From IMG/VR virus record IMGVR_UViG_3300045988_149975: a stretch of 64,000 bases of DNA. One strand, 5' to 3'. Every line of letters begins with the position of its first letter. The stretch's first letter is position 1. The position numbers and the translations under genes are program-made. This stretch comes from a virus. Shown piece by piece: positions 27,599 to 37,261 of this stretch. Under the pieces are notes generated by a model. It had not been told where the DNA came from, did not search any database, and was given only the letters and a program-made list of their open reading frames with translations.

Positions 27599-28387
27599 CT
27601 ATTCATATAAACTATAATTTCTCTTTGGATAAATTTCCAAATTACTAAACATTACTTTTAATTCATTTTCATTACAATCTTGTATATCTTTTTTACCATC
27701 AGGAAATCTACAACGCATAAAAGTAAAATCATTCTTTAAATACTTATAAATTCTTTTACAACCATCTTCTCCTGCCTTATCATTATCTAAAGCTAAAATA
27801 ATTTTATCCGCTTTAAACATTTTAAGTTTTTCAATTTGTGTCTTACTAATTTGAGCAGATATAATGGAAAGAGTATTAGTATAACCAAATCTATATAACC
27901 AAATTGCATCTAATAAACCCTCCACTAAAATAATCTCATCTTTAGGTTCAAATAAGTTCATGGGGTAGAAATAATCTTTAGCATTAAAATGATTATAAAT
28001 CTTATATTTAGGCTCATTACCATAAATAGAATTATAACCTCTATCCTTTTCGGATAATACTGCCCTACTACTAAACCCTAAAAGATTACCACTATAATCA
28101 AAAAAGGGAATTGTAATACGTTTTAATTCACCATCCCAACCTAATTTAAACTTAACAAAATCTTCCTCACTAAAACCTCTCTTTAATAAATAAGGATGTA
28201 CAATTTCTCCACTTTTAAAAGGCGCAAGCGCACTCATAGACAATACATCTTCTTTAATCTCATCGGATTCTTCGTATAGATTTCTATGTCTACTTACAGC
28301 CATTCTAAAATCTTTATTAAAGTAACTGTTAAGAAATTCATAAGCGTCCATAATTGAAATATCTTTTACAAACGCTACTAAAGACAC
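27599..28387 (-). CDS. DNA primase, TOPRIM domain (DnaG-like); its zinc finger lies upstream in another frame
   Basis: TOPRIM motifs EIILVEGLLD and ILALDNDKAGEDG. The ORF starts at a GTG; the remainder of the zinc finger lies upstream in the same frame with no start codon, and the frameshifted CHC2 N-terminus lies further upstream (next feature). Confidence 0.7.
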   Translation of the reverse strand: MSLVAFVKDISIMDAYEFLNSYFNKDFRMAVSRHRNLYEESDEIKEDVLSMSALAPFKSGEIVHPYLLKRGFSEEDFVKFKLGWDGELKRITIPFFDYSGNLLGFSSRAVLSEKDRGYNSIYGNEPKYKIYNHFNAKDYFYPMNLFEPKDEIILVEGLLDAIWLYRFGYTNTLSIISAQISKTQIEKLKMFKADKIILALDNDKAGEDGCKRIYKYLKNDFTFMRCRFPDGKKDIQDCNENELKVMFSNLEIYPKRNYSLYE

Positions 28388-28463
28388 TAAATTGAATTTT
28401 GCACCACAAGCAAAACAACCACCTACCTCTTTCTCTGCATGAATACCACAAGAGGGATTACGT

Positions 28464-28553
28464 TCACCATGATAGATAAGGACAGCAAAACATAATATTT
28501 TCGCCCCTAACTGTTACTTTTTCAAGCCCCAGTTCATTGCAAAAATTCTTCAT
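28464..28553 (-). pseudogene. N-terminal zinc-finger fragment of the primase, out of frame because of a 4-bp tandem duplication
   Basis: MKNFCNELGLEKVTVRGENIMFCCPY in one frame. The rest of the CHC2 finger, (Y)HGERNPSCGIHAEKEVGGCFACG, runs in the +1 frame into the TOPRIM ORF. The junction reads TATCTATC (plus 28471..28478 gatagata); deleting one TATC gives CCPYHGE. Confidence 0.6.
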
Positions 28554-28564
28554 TTCATCTACTG

Positions 28565-29155
28565 TCACATAACCACCTCCTGTTTTATTCTAAAAAATAC
28601 TTTTACGCCATCAATTACAGAACATCCTCTGTTACTACTAATAGTATGCCCTCTTATCATAGCGTGTACTATTGACTTATCTTTATTAGGAAATAAGGTA
28701 CGAGAAGCAGCCTTACTGCTCTTAAAAGTAGCTAATACCTCATTACTTTCCACAGAAACCATCTCAACTGGTTTTTCAAATAACCTATGTAACTTTTTAG
28801 CGGATATTCTTGCTTTCTCACGAACATTCTCTCTTAAACCGATATTCCACGAATGTAATAAATTATCTTTGTTTTCTATCCACTCTAAATTTTCAACATG
28901 GTTATTTAATTTATTACCGTCTTTATGATTTACTTGTGGTAAATTTTCGGGGTTAGGTATAAATGCTTCTGCTACTAAACGATGTACCCTTTTAGGATAA
29001 CACTTACCATCTTTAGCTAATGCTACCTGTAAATAACCCTTTGTAGTTGTGTTTGCCATCAAACACCTCTCTTTATTATACTTATGAGATATTACTACCC
29101 CTTCATCTGTAACAGTATAATCAGGAAAATCTTTTACAATAGCTTCTATAAGCAT
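28565..29155 (-). CDS. HNH homing endonuclease (free-standing)
   Basis: GYLQVAL...VHRLVAEAFIPNPENLPQVNHKDGNKLNNHVENLEW (HNH_3). Close paralogue of 63128..63658. Confidence 0.8.
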   Translation of the reverse strand: MLIEAIVKDFPDYTVTDEGVVISHKYNKERCLMANTTTKGYLQVALAKDGKCYPKRVHRLVAEAFIPNPENLPQVNHKDGNKLNNHVENLEWIENKDNLLHSWNIGLRENVREKARISAKKLHRLFEKPVEMVSVESNEVLATFKSSKAASRTLFPNKDKSIVHAMIRGHTISSNRGCSVIDGVKVFFRIKQEVVM

Positions 29156-29176
29156 TTCACCTCCATTACTTCATAT

Positions 29177-29205
29177 ATTATATCATAAAATTACCAATTT
29201 GTCAA
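29177..29205 (-). promoter_or_regulatory. consensus sigma-70 promoter driving the HNH gene
   Basis: Minus strand TTGACA (29200..29205), 17-nt spacer, TATAAT (29177..29182), then RBS GGAGGTG and ATG. Confidence 0.5.
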
Positions 29206-30449
29206 GATAATTTTTTCAAAGTTTGTGGTTTATCTACCTTAAATGTTCGCTCTTTCTTATCATCAAAATTTGCATAGACTACATCATAATTCATTTCCCT
29301 AAAATCAAATTGCATTGTAAATTTTGGTGTCCATTCACCATCACGAATTTTAAGAGTTTGAATTTCAACCTCTTTAGCTGCCCTCTGTACTTCATCCTGT
29401 AACATTGCCCACATTCCATCACAATACTGTTTAAGACTTGTAGCATAAGCAATATTACCCTTATCAGTAAGCTGTGTAGTAGTAATAATGGGTATTTTCC
29501 TGTTTAAAGCAATAATTTTAAATGCCTTAAATACTGCTAATACTGCTTTCCAATCTTCAGGGTCTTTACCCTCACTCATAAGATAACCACCATCTATTAA
29601 AACTATATCAGGTTTATAGGCATCTATTTTAGCTGCGCACTCTGCTACACCGTTTATAATAAGTTCAATGCTTAATTTAGAAGCATACTTTGGCGCAATA
29701 TTTTCAAGATAATCTTTATAAATACTTTCTTCATCATTAGTTAAAGCACCATCTTTTAAACGGCTATAACTTACACCACTCATTATAGCATCCACCCTTT
29801 TTAATATTTGATGTGGACTCATTTCCTTTGTAAGAAAAAGTGTCTTATAACCTGCTTTAATTAAATTAGAAGCTATAATACATAACAAAAAAGTTTTACC
29901 TACACCTGACTTTGCAAGGAATGATATTAAATCTACCTCTTTTATGCCACCAGTTTGTTTATCAAGAGGGTAAATCCCAAGGGGTATACCTGTCATACCT
30001 CCTGTAGCTTTATTTACTAAATAATCTTGAAAACGCTTCTCTGTATTTGCCCCTAAATCAACTTTTTCAGTAAAGGTAAAATCACTATTTACTTCTGAAA
30101 TTAAACTCTCCAAAAGGGTATAACATTTATCTACATCCCTATCATTTATAAGATTATCTATCTTTTCTAAAGTAGTTACTAACTTATTATGCCTAATCTT
30201 ACGGCGCAGTTCATCACAATAATAACCTACTGTTTCAGGACTTTCAATGTTAAGATTGACTTCAGGAAAATGCTTTTTAAAAGTTTCCTTATCAGGCAAT
30301 TCACCATACTTAACTTTAAAATCAGATAACCACTTAAAAGCCCTTTTATTTGCACCTGAAAAATAGTCAGCAGTTATATCTTTGTTAAGTACAGTTTCCC
30401 ATTCTTTTGTTTCAATAAGTTTTCTTAAAAAAGAATTTTCTACTGACAT
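29202..30449 (-). CDS. DnaB-like replicative helicase
   Basis: Walker A LAKSGVGKTFLL in a DnaB C-terminal-domain context (GIPLGIYPLDKQTGG). 415 aa. Confidence 0.75.
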   Translation of the reverse strand: MSVENSFLRKLIETKEWETVLNKDITADYFSGANKRAFKWLSDFKVKYGELPDKETFKKHFPEVNLNIESPETVGYYCDELRRKIRHNKLVTTLEKIDNLINDRDVDKCYTLLESLISEVNSDFTFTEKVDLGANTEKRFQDYLVNKATGGMTGIPLGIYPLDKQTGGIKEVDLISFLAKSGVGKTFLLCIIASNLIKAGYKTLFLTKEMSPHQILKRVDAIMSGVSYSRLKDGALTNDEESIYKDYLENIAPKYASKLSIELIINGVAECAAKIDAYKPDIVLIDGGYLMSEGKDPEDWKAVLAVFKAFKIIALNRKIPIITTTQLTDKGNIAYATSLKQYCDGMWAMLQDEVQRAAKEVEIQTLKIRDGEWTPKFTMQFDFREMNYDVVYANFDDKKERTFKVDKPQTLKKLS

Positions 30450-30838
30450 TAATACATCTCCTTAAATTTCTCTAAACTGATAGCATTTTCCACAAATTCC
30501 GTGGTATGTGTTTCATCTATATAATACTTGTACAAATATATGCAATTACTGTATAATTCATTAAGAGAAATCTTTTCAATTTGATTAAAAAATAAATATT
30601 TACCAAACAACTCATCCTCATATACACTTATATCCTCTTTTGTTGATATAATATGTATGTTAAATTTATCAAAAAGTTTTAAAGTTAAATCTCTATATTC
30701 AGGATTAAACTTATATTTAAAACTATCACCAAATATACCTTTCAATCTTTGCATTGTAGTAGGTTTTCTGTTAAAAATTGTTTCAAAATTTATAGCAATT
30801 ATTGGAGCAGTTTTATTGCTAATATCACCGTTTTTCAT
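30449..30838 (-). CDS. hypothetical protein
   Basis: 129-aa ORF. Confidence 0.45.
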   Translation of the reverse strand: MKNGDISNKTAPIIAINFETIFNRKPTTMQRLKGIFGDSFKYKFNPEYRDLTLKLFDKFNIHIISTKEDISVYEDELFGKYLFFNQIEKISLNELYSNCIYLYKYYIDETHTTEFVENAISLEKFKEMY

Positions 30839-30995
30839 GATACTTCTTATCCAATTCCGCTACTGATAAATCACCATTTAAAACAGCCAGTGTATGATAA
30901 TCACATAACGGTACTGCATTTTCTCCTGCTTTACTACGAATTGTATAATTATCCTTACCTTCTAACAAACAAGCAAAACATTTTTCTTTTACCAT
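30825..30995 (-). CDS. small zinc-ribbon protein (56 aa)
   Basis: Manual translation MVKEKCFACLLEGKDNYTIRSKAGENAVPLCDYHTLAV... RBS GGAGGG upstream. Its stop overlaps the next ATG (ATGA). Confidence 0.4.
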   Translation of the reverse strand: MVKEKCFACLLEGKDNYTIRSKAGENAVPLCDYHTLAVLNGDLSVAELDKKYHEKR

Positions 30996-31005
30996 TTTAA
31001 CCCTC

Positions 31006-31620
31006 CTATTTCAAATACTGTAATGCGGATTTACTTCTTAAAGTTGTTTTCCGCACATCTTCACCTGTAATATCAATCTTGATATACTCACTTAACATAG
31101 AAAATACTGTATTTCCATACCTTGTCTTAATAGTATTCAAATCTAAATTTGTACAAATTATTGTAGGTAAACCTTTTGAAAATCTTTGTTTTAAAAGTTC
31201 CTCTAATAATGATTTTTCAGAGGAACTTTTAAGATTGACCTCTGCTCCTAATTCATCTAATACTAAAAAATCGACATTATAATAAATATCTACATCCTCA
31301 TTATTAAAAGTCTTTGAAATTAAATCCTTAAAGGTCAAAAGTCTTGCAGTATAATAACAGGAATAAACATATTGTAAGATAATAGAAGAAGCATAAGTTT
31401 TTCCAACACCATTACTACCACTTAAAAGAATACAAATGTTATCTCTATACATTTCATCACAATGACTTGTATAACCAGTCAATACCTTTTTGAGTCCCTC
31501 ATTTGTAAACCTAAAATCTTTCCATGTCAAACCTTGATAAGTAACAGGAATACCCATTAAAGTAAGTGCTTCACTACTAATAACATCTCTTGTTCCTCGT
31601 TTAAAATTCAATAGTAACAC
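31006..31620 (-). CDS. DnaC/IstB-like AAA+ helicase loader
   Basis: Walker A LSGSNGVGKTYA, Walker B FLVLDELG. 204 aa. Confidence 0.65.
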   Translation of the reverse strand: MLLLNFKRGTRDVISSEALTLMGIPVTYQGLTWKDFRFTNEGLKKVLTGYTSHCDEMYRDNICILLSGSNGVGKTYASSIILQYVYSCYYTARLLTFKDLISKTFNNEDVDIYYNVDFLVLDELGAEVNLKSSSEKSLLEELLKQRFSKGLPTIICTNLDLNTIKTRYGNTVFSMLSEYIKIDITGEDVRKTTLRSKSALQYLK

Positions 31621-32041
31621 CTTCCTTAACTGCTTCCCTACCCCTTACAGGGGTTTCTTTATAGTTATTATACCACCTAATTGCCTTATTGTAAATACCA
31701 TTTAACCATTTATTGGATAAAAGAAAAAGCCCATAAGATGTATAATTTAATACACCATCTTTAGTATAAATTCTCTCATCACTATCCCAAAGATAATCCA
31801 TCATTATTTTAATCTCACTACTCTTAAAATTCTTCATAAGACTCTTAATAATTGCTCGGTCACTGTATTTAACAGGAACATAAATAATATCTTTTTCCTT
31901 TGCTTTAGTTTTCCAGTATTTCATAAAATCATCAGCAGTATAGTTTTCTACATCTAAAGCAGATTTTAAAACACCCTCTGCTTTAGATGTAACTACTGCT
32001 TTACCAAATAAAACTTTGCTCATTGCTTTATTATAAAACAT
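31601..32041 (-). CDS. hypothetical protein
   Basis: 146-aa ORF. Confidence 0.45.
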   Translation of the reverse strand: MFYNKAMSKVLFGKAVVTSKAEGVLKSALDVENYTADDFMKYWKTKAKEKDIIYVPVKYSDRAIIKSLMKNFKSSEIKIMMDYLWDSDERIYTKDGVLNYTSYGLFLLSNKWLNGIYNKAIRWYNNYKETPVRGREAVKEGVTIEF

Positions 32042-32232
32042 TAGCCTTGCAGCCCCTTAAATTCTTCCTCTAATACATTATCAATTTGAATAGAAAGTCT
32101 TTGAATTTCTTTTTCCCAATCCTTCTCATCTACAATAGTTTCAAAACCACATTCAACTCTTGCACTTTCATAATTACCCATATTTACTGTTTGACTTTTT
32201 ACTAATCTAATTAATCTTTCACCTTTATTCAT
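32041..32232 (-). CDS. hypothetical protein
   Basis: 63-aa ORF. Confidence 0.35.
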   Translation of the reverse strand: MNKGERLIRLVKSQTVNMGNYESARVECGFETIVDEKDWEKEIQRLSIQIDNVLEEEFKGLQG

Positions 32233-32629
32233 CTAATAACTCCCTTTCTAATGCTTCTTTAATTGCTAATTGTAATCTGCTCTTTAATACATCATTCCAA
32301 GAACTTTTCTTATCTGCTCCACACTCAATAAATGTGAGTACAATAGCTTCAATCATTGCCCTTGTATAATAAGATTTTCTATTAATAATAATAGGACTTT
32401 CAGGTAAAATACCATTTTTACGCCATAAATTAATAGTTTGATAAGTTCGTGGAATACCATAAGCAGAAAAGGCTTCTACTAATTTAGCTGTAGTATAAAC
32501 CCTTAATTCTTTTCCATTAACCTTAATAATTCTGCCAATAGTTGCCCAATCTTTAAAATGCTGTGCGCAAAACTCCTTATTCGATTTCTTCTTCCTGCGT
32601 TTCCGCTTTTTCGACTGCATAAAGTGCAT
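32225..32629 (-). CDS. hypothetical protein
   Basis: 134-aa ORF with a basic N-terminus. Confidence 0.4.
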   Translation of the reverse strand: MHFMQSKKRKRRKKKSNKEFCAQHFKDWATIGRIIKVNGKELRVYTTAKLVEAFSAYGIPRTYQTINLWRKNGILPESPIIINRKSYYTRAMIEAIVLTFIECGADKKSSWNDVLKSRLQLAIKEALERELLDE

Positions 32630-33020
32630 AACTCTCCTTTTGCTTAAACATTTTACTCAAATCTTCTTTATTTATTGTACCATCTTTTATATAATTTGTC
32701 AAGACATTTAAGTCATACTGTGGTACAAAAGTTACTACCTTATCATAAATGTGCAAGCGTTTAAGAATAGGGTCAGCCATAATTGGGTCAATTTCTTTAG
32801 TAATTCTTAAAGCATTTTTAAAGTTACCATTAGAAGTTTCAATCCAATAGTTGCCACTACCATCCCTATTTACAAACTTGTCCTTTAATAACTCTTTAAT
32901 CTCCTTGCGTCTTTTCTCTGCCATTGAAATAGTTTTTGTATACATTACATATTCATCGTACAAAGTATCTAAATCAATTTTCTTTTCTTCCTCCACTACA
33001 ACCACATCTATTTTTTTCAC
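32577..33020 (-). CDS. hypothetical protein
   Basis: 147-aa ORF. Confidence 0.4.
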   Translation of the reverse strand: MKKIDVVVVEEEKKIDLDTLYDEYVMYTKTISMAEKRRKEIKELLKDKFVNRDGSGNYWIETSNGNFKNALRITKEIDPIMADPILKRLHIYDKVVTFVPQYDLNVLTNYIKDGTINKEDLSKMFKQKESYALYAVEKAETQEEEIE

Positions 33021-34528
33021 TATTCTACCTCCATATTAAATATACCCATGTTTTTATAAAAAATATCTCTCTTATAACCATGATAACAAATACCTGATAC
33101 AAAAGGATGACGATAATCATAAAAGATTATTTTTTCTTTTCCTTCCTTTGTACGTCTTAATCTGCCTATTATTTGAATTAAATCTTTTTCGTTAGCTACA
33201 CTTGATACTAAAAATCCTACTTCCCATGACTTAACATTAGTACCTTCAGTAGCTATTGCAACAGTAGCTAATGTTACTAATACTTCTTTACTCTCTGCCT
33301 TTCTCAAAACCTCTTCTTTAGAGTCGCCCATATTACCATAAAATTTTTGAATTTTGGGGCAGGAAGGTAAGAGCATTTCATATAGATTATCTAACTGCTC
33401 AATAGTCTTACAGAATACTACACAGGATTTTCCCTCATTATAGTTCTTTTTAATATCAGCACATATCATCCTATTAAAGTTATCATCATTAGCAATTTTA
33501 GCGTATGCTTCATGTAATCTTAAAGGATAGGCTTTTATCTTACCTAACGCTTCAAGTTCTATACACATATCACGCCATTCAGGAGTCCCTTCTACAAATT
33601 GATTACCTTTATACACAAAACTATGTACGTCCTTCAAAGTTTTAACATCATAATAATATTTCTTATAATACCATTTCACATTACTCTTTCTTACCTTTAT
33701 GAGTATGTTTTCAGGGGCTATTATAGCGTCAGATTTTAGTTTTGAGCCGTCAAAAACGGTTGCCCCACAGATTATATCTACCACATCAACAAGCCCGTCA
33801 TTTCGCATTTTTGTAGCTGTAAGCCCTAACCTGAACATTGCAGGAAAATTAAATAATACTTTATAACTTGCTGCGCCAACATGATGTACCTCATCACAAA
33901 TAATAAAACCAATATGCTCATAAAGCTGTTTAAGTTTAACTTCACCTAAACGAGAGAGAGTTTGTATTGTAGTAAGTGTAAAATGCTTACCAAGTTTAAA
34001 TACTTTTCCTTTTACAAGTCCTACATCAGCTTCTCCATTATATGCAAGTTCAATATCCTTTTTCCACCCTTCAATTAAATCATCTTTATTAACAACTATA
34101 AGAGTGCTTTCAGACATTCGCCCTGCAAGATAAATGCCACAAAGACTTTTTCCGCTACCAGTTGGTAATACAAGAGTTCCGTATGGATAATTACTATTTA
34201 ACCACGCTTCAGTAGCTTGCTTTTGTATATCCCTTAACTCTAAAACAAATTTAGGAAATCCCACAGTATTTACTACCCTTGAATCATTTACTACCTCAAA
34301 ATCATCTACTTTAAGAACATAACCCATAGGCACTTCAATAAATGCTTTATTATCCTTATAGTAATGCAAATATGGAGGTACTTTTGTTTTAGCATATTTA
34401 CTATATTTTAGTACACTTTCATAGGCAGGATTTTTAAAAGTTAAATCTTTTCTTATCTGCATTTTTTGTTCTTCTGTTAAACAAAATATTCTTTTACAAT
34501 TACTGTATGCTACTTTTATCAATACCAA
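33020..34528 (-). CDS. superfamily-2 DEAD/DEAH-box DNA helicase
   Basis: Motif I LPTGSGKSL, motif II DEVHH, helicase C-terminal region (IIGRLRR). 502 aa. Confidence 0.7.
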   Translation of the reverse strand: MVLIKVAYSNCKRIFCLTEEQKMQIRKDLTFKNPAYESVLKYSKYAKTKVPPYLHYYKDNKAFIEVPMGYVLKVDDFEVVNDSRVVNTVGFPKFVLELRDIQKQATEAWLNSNYPYGTLVLPTGSGKSLCGIYLAGRMSESTLIVVNKDDLIEGWKKDIELAYNGEADVGLVKGKVFKLGKHFTLTTIQTLSRLGEVKLKQLYEHIGFIICDEVHHVGAASYKVLFNFPAMFRLGLTATKMRNDGLVDVVDIICGATVFDGSKLKSDAIIAPENILIKVRKSNVKWYYKKYYYDVKTLKDVHSFVYKGNQFVEGTPEWRDMCIELEALGKIKAYPLRLHEAYAKIANDDNFNRMICADIKKNYNEGKSCVVFCKTIEQLDNLYEMLLPSCPKIQKFYGNMGDSKEEVLRKAESKEVLVTLATVAIATEGTNVKSWEVGFLVSSVANEKDLIQIIGRLRRTKEGKEKIIFYDYRHPFVSGICYHGYKRDIFYKNMGIFNMEVE

Positions 34529-34748
34529 AAAACTCCTTCCTTACTTTAAAAATCAAATCCCAAAGTTTATCACTATCTTTATGTGGTAACATAATTGCCC
34601 TTAAAGAAAAATAAACATCACCCTTATCAGAAAAACTTACAAGTAATCCATCACTATCTTTAATACAAAGCCTTAAATTGTTATTTTCCTCTATAACCAA
34701 CTTTATCACCTCTGTACATATATTACCATACTTTCTACATTTTGTCAA
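34500..34748 (-). CDS. hypothetical protein (true start probably internal)
   Basis: 82-aa track ORF, but its ATG lies inside the promoter spacer. A TTG 6 nt after GAGGTG is a candidate start. Confidence 0.35.
   Translation of the reverse strand: MTKCRKYGNICTEVIKLVIEENNNLRLCIKDSDGLLVSFSDKGDVYFSLRAIMLPHKDSDKLWDLIFKVRKEFFGIDKSSIQ
34720..34748 (-). promoter_or_regulatory. candidate sigma-70 promoter
   Basis: Minus strand TTGACA (34743..34748), 17-nt spacer, TAATAT (34720..34725), right after the terminator. Confidence 0.35.
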
Positions 34749-34754
34749 GTCTTA

Positions 34755-34791
34755 TAAATAAAAAAAGTAACAAGAGATAACTCTTGTTACT
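34755..34791 (-). terminator. rho-independent terminator after the amidase gene
   Basis: 11-bp stem AGTAACAAGAG/CTCTTGTTACT (34766..34776 and 34781..34791), loop ATAA, then TTTTTTTATTT on the minus strand. Confidence 0.55.
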
Positions 34792-35320
34792 GTAAATAAT
34801 CTGTTACACCTCTTGCAATGGCTCTTGCAATATCATCTTTTTTATTTACTAAAATATTTGCATCGTCCATATTATCAATAAAGGCAATTTCTACTAAAAC
34901 GGCAGGCATTGAAGTAGAATTTAATACCACTAAACCTGTTCGTTCTTTTAAACCTCTATCTACTGTGCCAATAGTGCTTACAAGCTGATTTTGTATACAT
35001 TGCCCTAATTTTGCACCTGCACCATATAAACTATAAACACAAGTTTCAGTGCCTTTAGCTTCTGTATTAAAAGCATTACAATGTAAACTAATAAATAAAT
35101 CAGCATAACTATTGGCAGATTCTACAACACATTCCCCTATACCATCATAATTAAGATTATCAGACTGCAAAAGTTTTACCTCAAAACCTGCATTTTCAAG
35201 ATAACCTTTTAACAAATTACCTATTTCAAGAACTGTATCAGCTTCAGTAATACCTAAAATATGATTTACTGCACCTGAATCGATACCAGGGCAATGCCCA
35301 GGATTTATAAAAATCCTCAT
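34787..35320 (-). CDS. N-acetylmuramoyl-L-alanine amidase (Amidase_3-type endolysin)
   Basis: MRIFINPGHCPGIDSGAV...CNAF...E pattern of zinc MurNAc-LAA amidases. 177 aa. Followed by holin-like genes. Confidence 0.7.
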   Translation of the reverse strand: MRIFINPGHCPGIDSGAVNHILGITEADTVLEIGNLLKGYLENAGFEVKLLQSDNLNYDGIGECVVESANSYADLFISLHCNAFNTEAKGTETCVYSLYGAGAKLGQCIQNQLVSTIGTVDRGLKERTGLVVLNSTSMPAVLVEIAFIDNMDDANILVNKKDDIARAIARGVTDYLQ

Positions 35321-35643
35321 TTCTTATCCTCACCTTCCTCTAAAGCGTCAGGAGTACCATTGTTATTAGTATCTACAAGCATACCTAAAATAAAAGTTAC
35401 GAAACCTACCATAGAACCGTCAATTAATATTCTCAAGTATGCTAAAAGTTCTGATAACATCACTTTGTCTAATACAAATAGATATATCCAACAACCTAAA
35501 TATAATAATAAAACAACGGCAACTATTAATATATACCCTATAAGTACATACTTCACAGGTTTAGGCATATTCTCTAAACCTACCCTTAACTTATTAAGAA
35601 GTTCAGGTATTTTAGATTTAATAGTATTTAATAAATTATTCAC
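35317..35643 (-). CDS. holin-like membrane protein
   Basis: 108 aa with 2 to 3 TM helices and a charged C-terminus, adjacent to the amidase. Confidence 0.4.
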   Translation of the reverse strand: MNNLLNTIKSKIPELLNKLRVGLENMPKPVKYVLIGYILIVAVVLLLYLGCWIYLFVLDKVMLSELLAYLRILIDGSMVGFVTFILGMLVDTNNNGTPDALEEGEDKK

Positions 35644-35651
35644 TTTCTCAC

Positions 35652-35972
35652 CTACTTTAAAATACCTAATAAAATTGAACTTATTAAAGATATAATAAAA
35701 GCAATTATAGAAGCCATTCTATATATATTTTCCATTTTATCGTCTAATAATTTAGAAAAATCTACTTGCCTATCCCTATTTAACTTCTTTTCCGTTTCAA
35801 GCCCTCTATCAACACTTTTTAAAGAAACTTCAAGCACGGCAATATCTTTGCCGTGCTTTTCAAGTTCTTTTGCTTTCTCTTTTAAATCTTCAGCAAGTGC
35901 TTTCTGTGCTTGATTTACCTCTGCCAATTTAGAAGTGGCATCTAAAAGAAGTTCTAAAATTTCTTTCTCCAT
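35652..35972 (-). CDS. coiled-coil protein with C-terminal TM anchor
   Basis: 106 aa: KE-rich helix, then IIAFIISLISSILLGIL. Confidence 0.35.
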   Translation of the reverse strand: MEKEILELLLDATSKLAEVNQAQKALAEDLKEKAKELEKHGKDIAVLEVSLKSVDRGLETEKKLNRDRQVDFSKLLDDKMENIYRMASIIAFIISLISSILLGILK

Positions 35973-36002
35973 AAAATCACCACTTTAAATATGGTAAGAA
36001 AA

Positions 36003-36494
36003 TTATGCTACTTTAACAACAGTCATGGAAGCATTAGTAAGTGTTACCGCAGTATCTACCTGTACTTGTAAACTTGCGCCCACATTAGGATTACAAGCAC
36101 ATGGTTTAGCAACCCTAATTAAAGTTGTAAAACTTAAATTATCAGTATCACCTGCTACACCTGTTACAGACGCTTCTGCACCATTTACATCTACACCATT
36201 ATTTACTAATCTAATAGAATATAAACCTGCAACAGTAGGTACTGCATCTACATTTACCTCTACTAAATATATACCTTCTCCACACAAATTAATAGTTGTA
36301 TCAATACCTCTTTGTTGGCACAAATTTTGTACCATTCCTTGTAACTGCTGCTCATTCATTCCCTTATACTGATTCATAATTCCTTGTACTTCGGGATTAT
36401 TACCAAACATCCTCATAAACATTTGTTCAGGATTAGGATTGTTTCTTATTTGAGCCGCCATTTGCAGAACCTGCATTAGTGATTGGTCTAACAT
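36003..36494 (-). CDS. hypothetical protein
   Basis: 163-aa ORF. Confidence 0.35.
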   Translation of the reverse strand: MLDQSLMQVLQMAAQIRNNPNPEQMFMRMFGNNPEVQGIMNQYKGMNEQQLQGMVQNLCQQRGIDTTINLCGEGIYLVEVNVDAVPTVAGLYSIRLVNNGVDVNGAEASVTGVAGDTDNLSFTTLIRVAKPCACNPNVGASLQVQVDTAVTLTNASMTVVKVA

Positions 36495-36909
36495 TGCCCA
36501 TCTCTCCTTTCAGCTTTTCAACATCATTTACAAGTTTTCTCAAAGTATCATCATACTTCTTAAAATACTCTTCAGGTTGAACATTTGTAGGCTGATACAA
36601 TTTATAGGTTAAGAAATCTGATGTACCATTTGCTAAATTATACTGTTTAGTATAAATCTCTCCTTGAGATACATTAACAAATACATACATACTACCATCT
36701 AAATCTACTATTGCCGCCTTTGCCTCTTCAAGAGATGTTACAGGCAATGCCTTTAAGTACACTCTTGCAGATTGATTATTAGGAACATAATTAGACAAAC
36801 TGTTTAGACCAGGACTTGTTTGTCTATTCATATCCCAATTATTATAATTAACGCCATTATTAGGCGCAGGGTAACTAAAACCATTTCCATAATTATTATT
36901 ATATAGCAT
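36433..36909 (-). CDS. hypothetical protein (N/G/Y-rich N-terminus)
   Basis: 158-aa ORF overlapping the previous one by about 60 nt. Confidence 0.35.
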   Translation of the reverse strand: MLYNNNYGNGFSYPAPNNGVNYNNWDMNRQTSPGLNSLSNYVPNNQSARVYLKALPVTSLEEAKAAIVDLDGSMYVFVNVSQGEIYTKQYNLANGTSDFLTYKLYQPTNVQPEEYFKKYDDTLRKLVNDVEKLKGEMGNVRPITNAGSANGGSNKKQS

Positions 36910-36974
36910 AATTTCTTACCTCCATAATACTATTATACCACACTTTGGCAAAATTGCCACACTCATTTTCAATA

Positions 36975-37259
36975 CTATTTTAACATCTTATCAATAAGAA
37001 TTTGTATCTCTTTAGGATATAACTCATAGTCATCATTCATAAGGCGTTTCATTTCAAGCCTTGAAGTGCTTAATAAATTACTTGCGGATTCATAGGTAAG
37101 AACCATCTTTTCTGATATATCCCAAAGACTATCTTGATTTACATATTTTAACATTAATATTTCTTCATTTCTTCTATGTAAACCAAGAGCAGGTATTAAT
37201 GTTTTTAAGGTATTTACATTAGCCAACTTTAACTTTCTACTAAACTCCTTCTTATCCAA
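36975..37259 (-). CDS. small HTH protein resembling sigma-70 region 4
   Basis: LHRRNEEILMLKYVNQDSLWDISEKMVLTYESASNLLSTSRLEMKRL matches the region-4 HTH pattern. Immediately downstream of the RT gene. Confidence 0.4.
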   Translation of the reverse strand: MDKKEFSRKLKLANVNTLKTLIPALGLHRRNEEILMLKYVNQDSLWDISEKMVLTYESASNLLSTSRLEMKRLMNDDYELYPKEIQILIDKMLK

Positions 37260-37261
37260 TC

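Noticed and set aside
36975-37259. ORF downstream of the RT as the DGR accessory protein Avd
   Set aside because: Its sequence fits a sigma-70 region-4 HTH much better than a four-helix-bundle Avd, and it lies 3' of the RT rather than between the target and TR.
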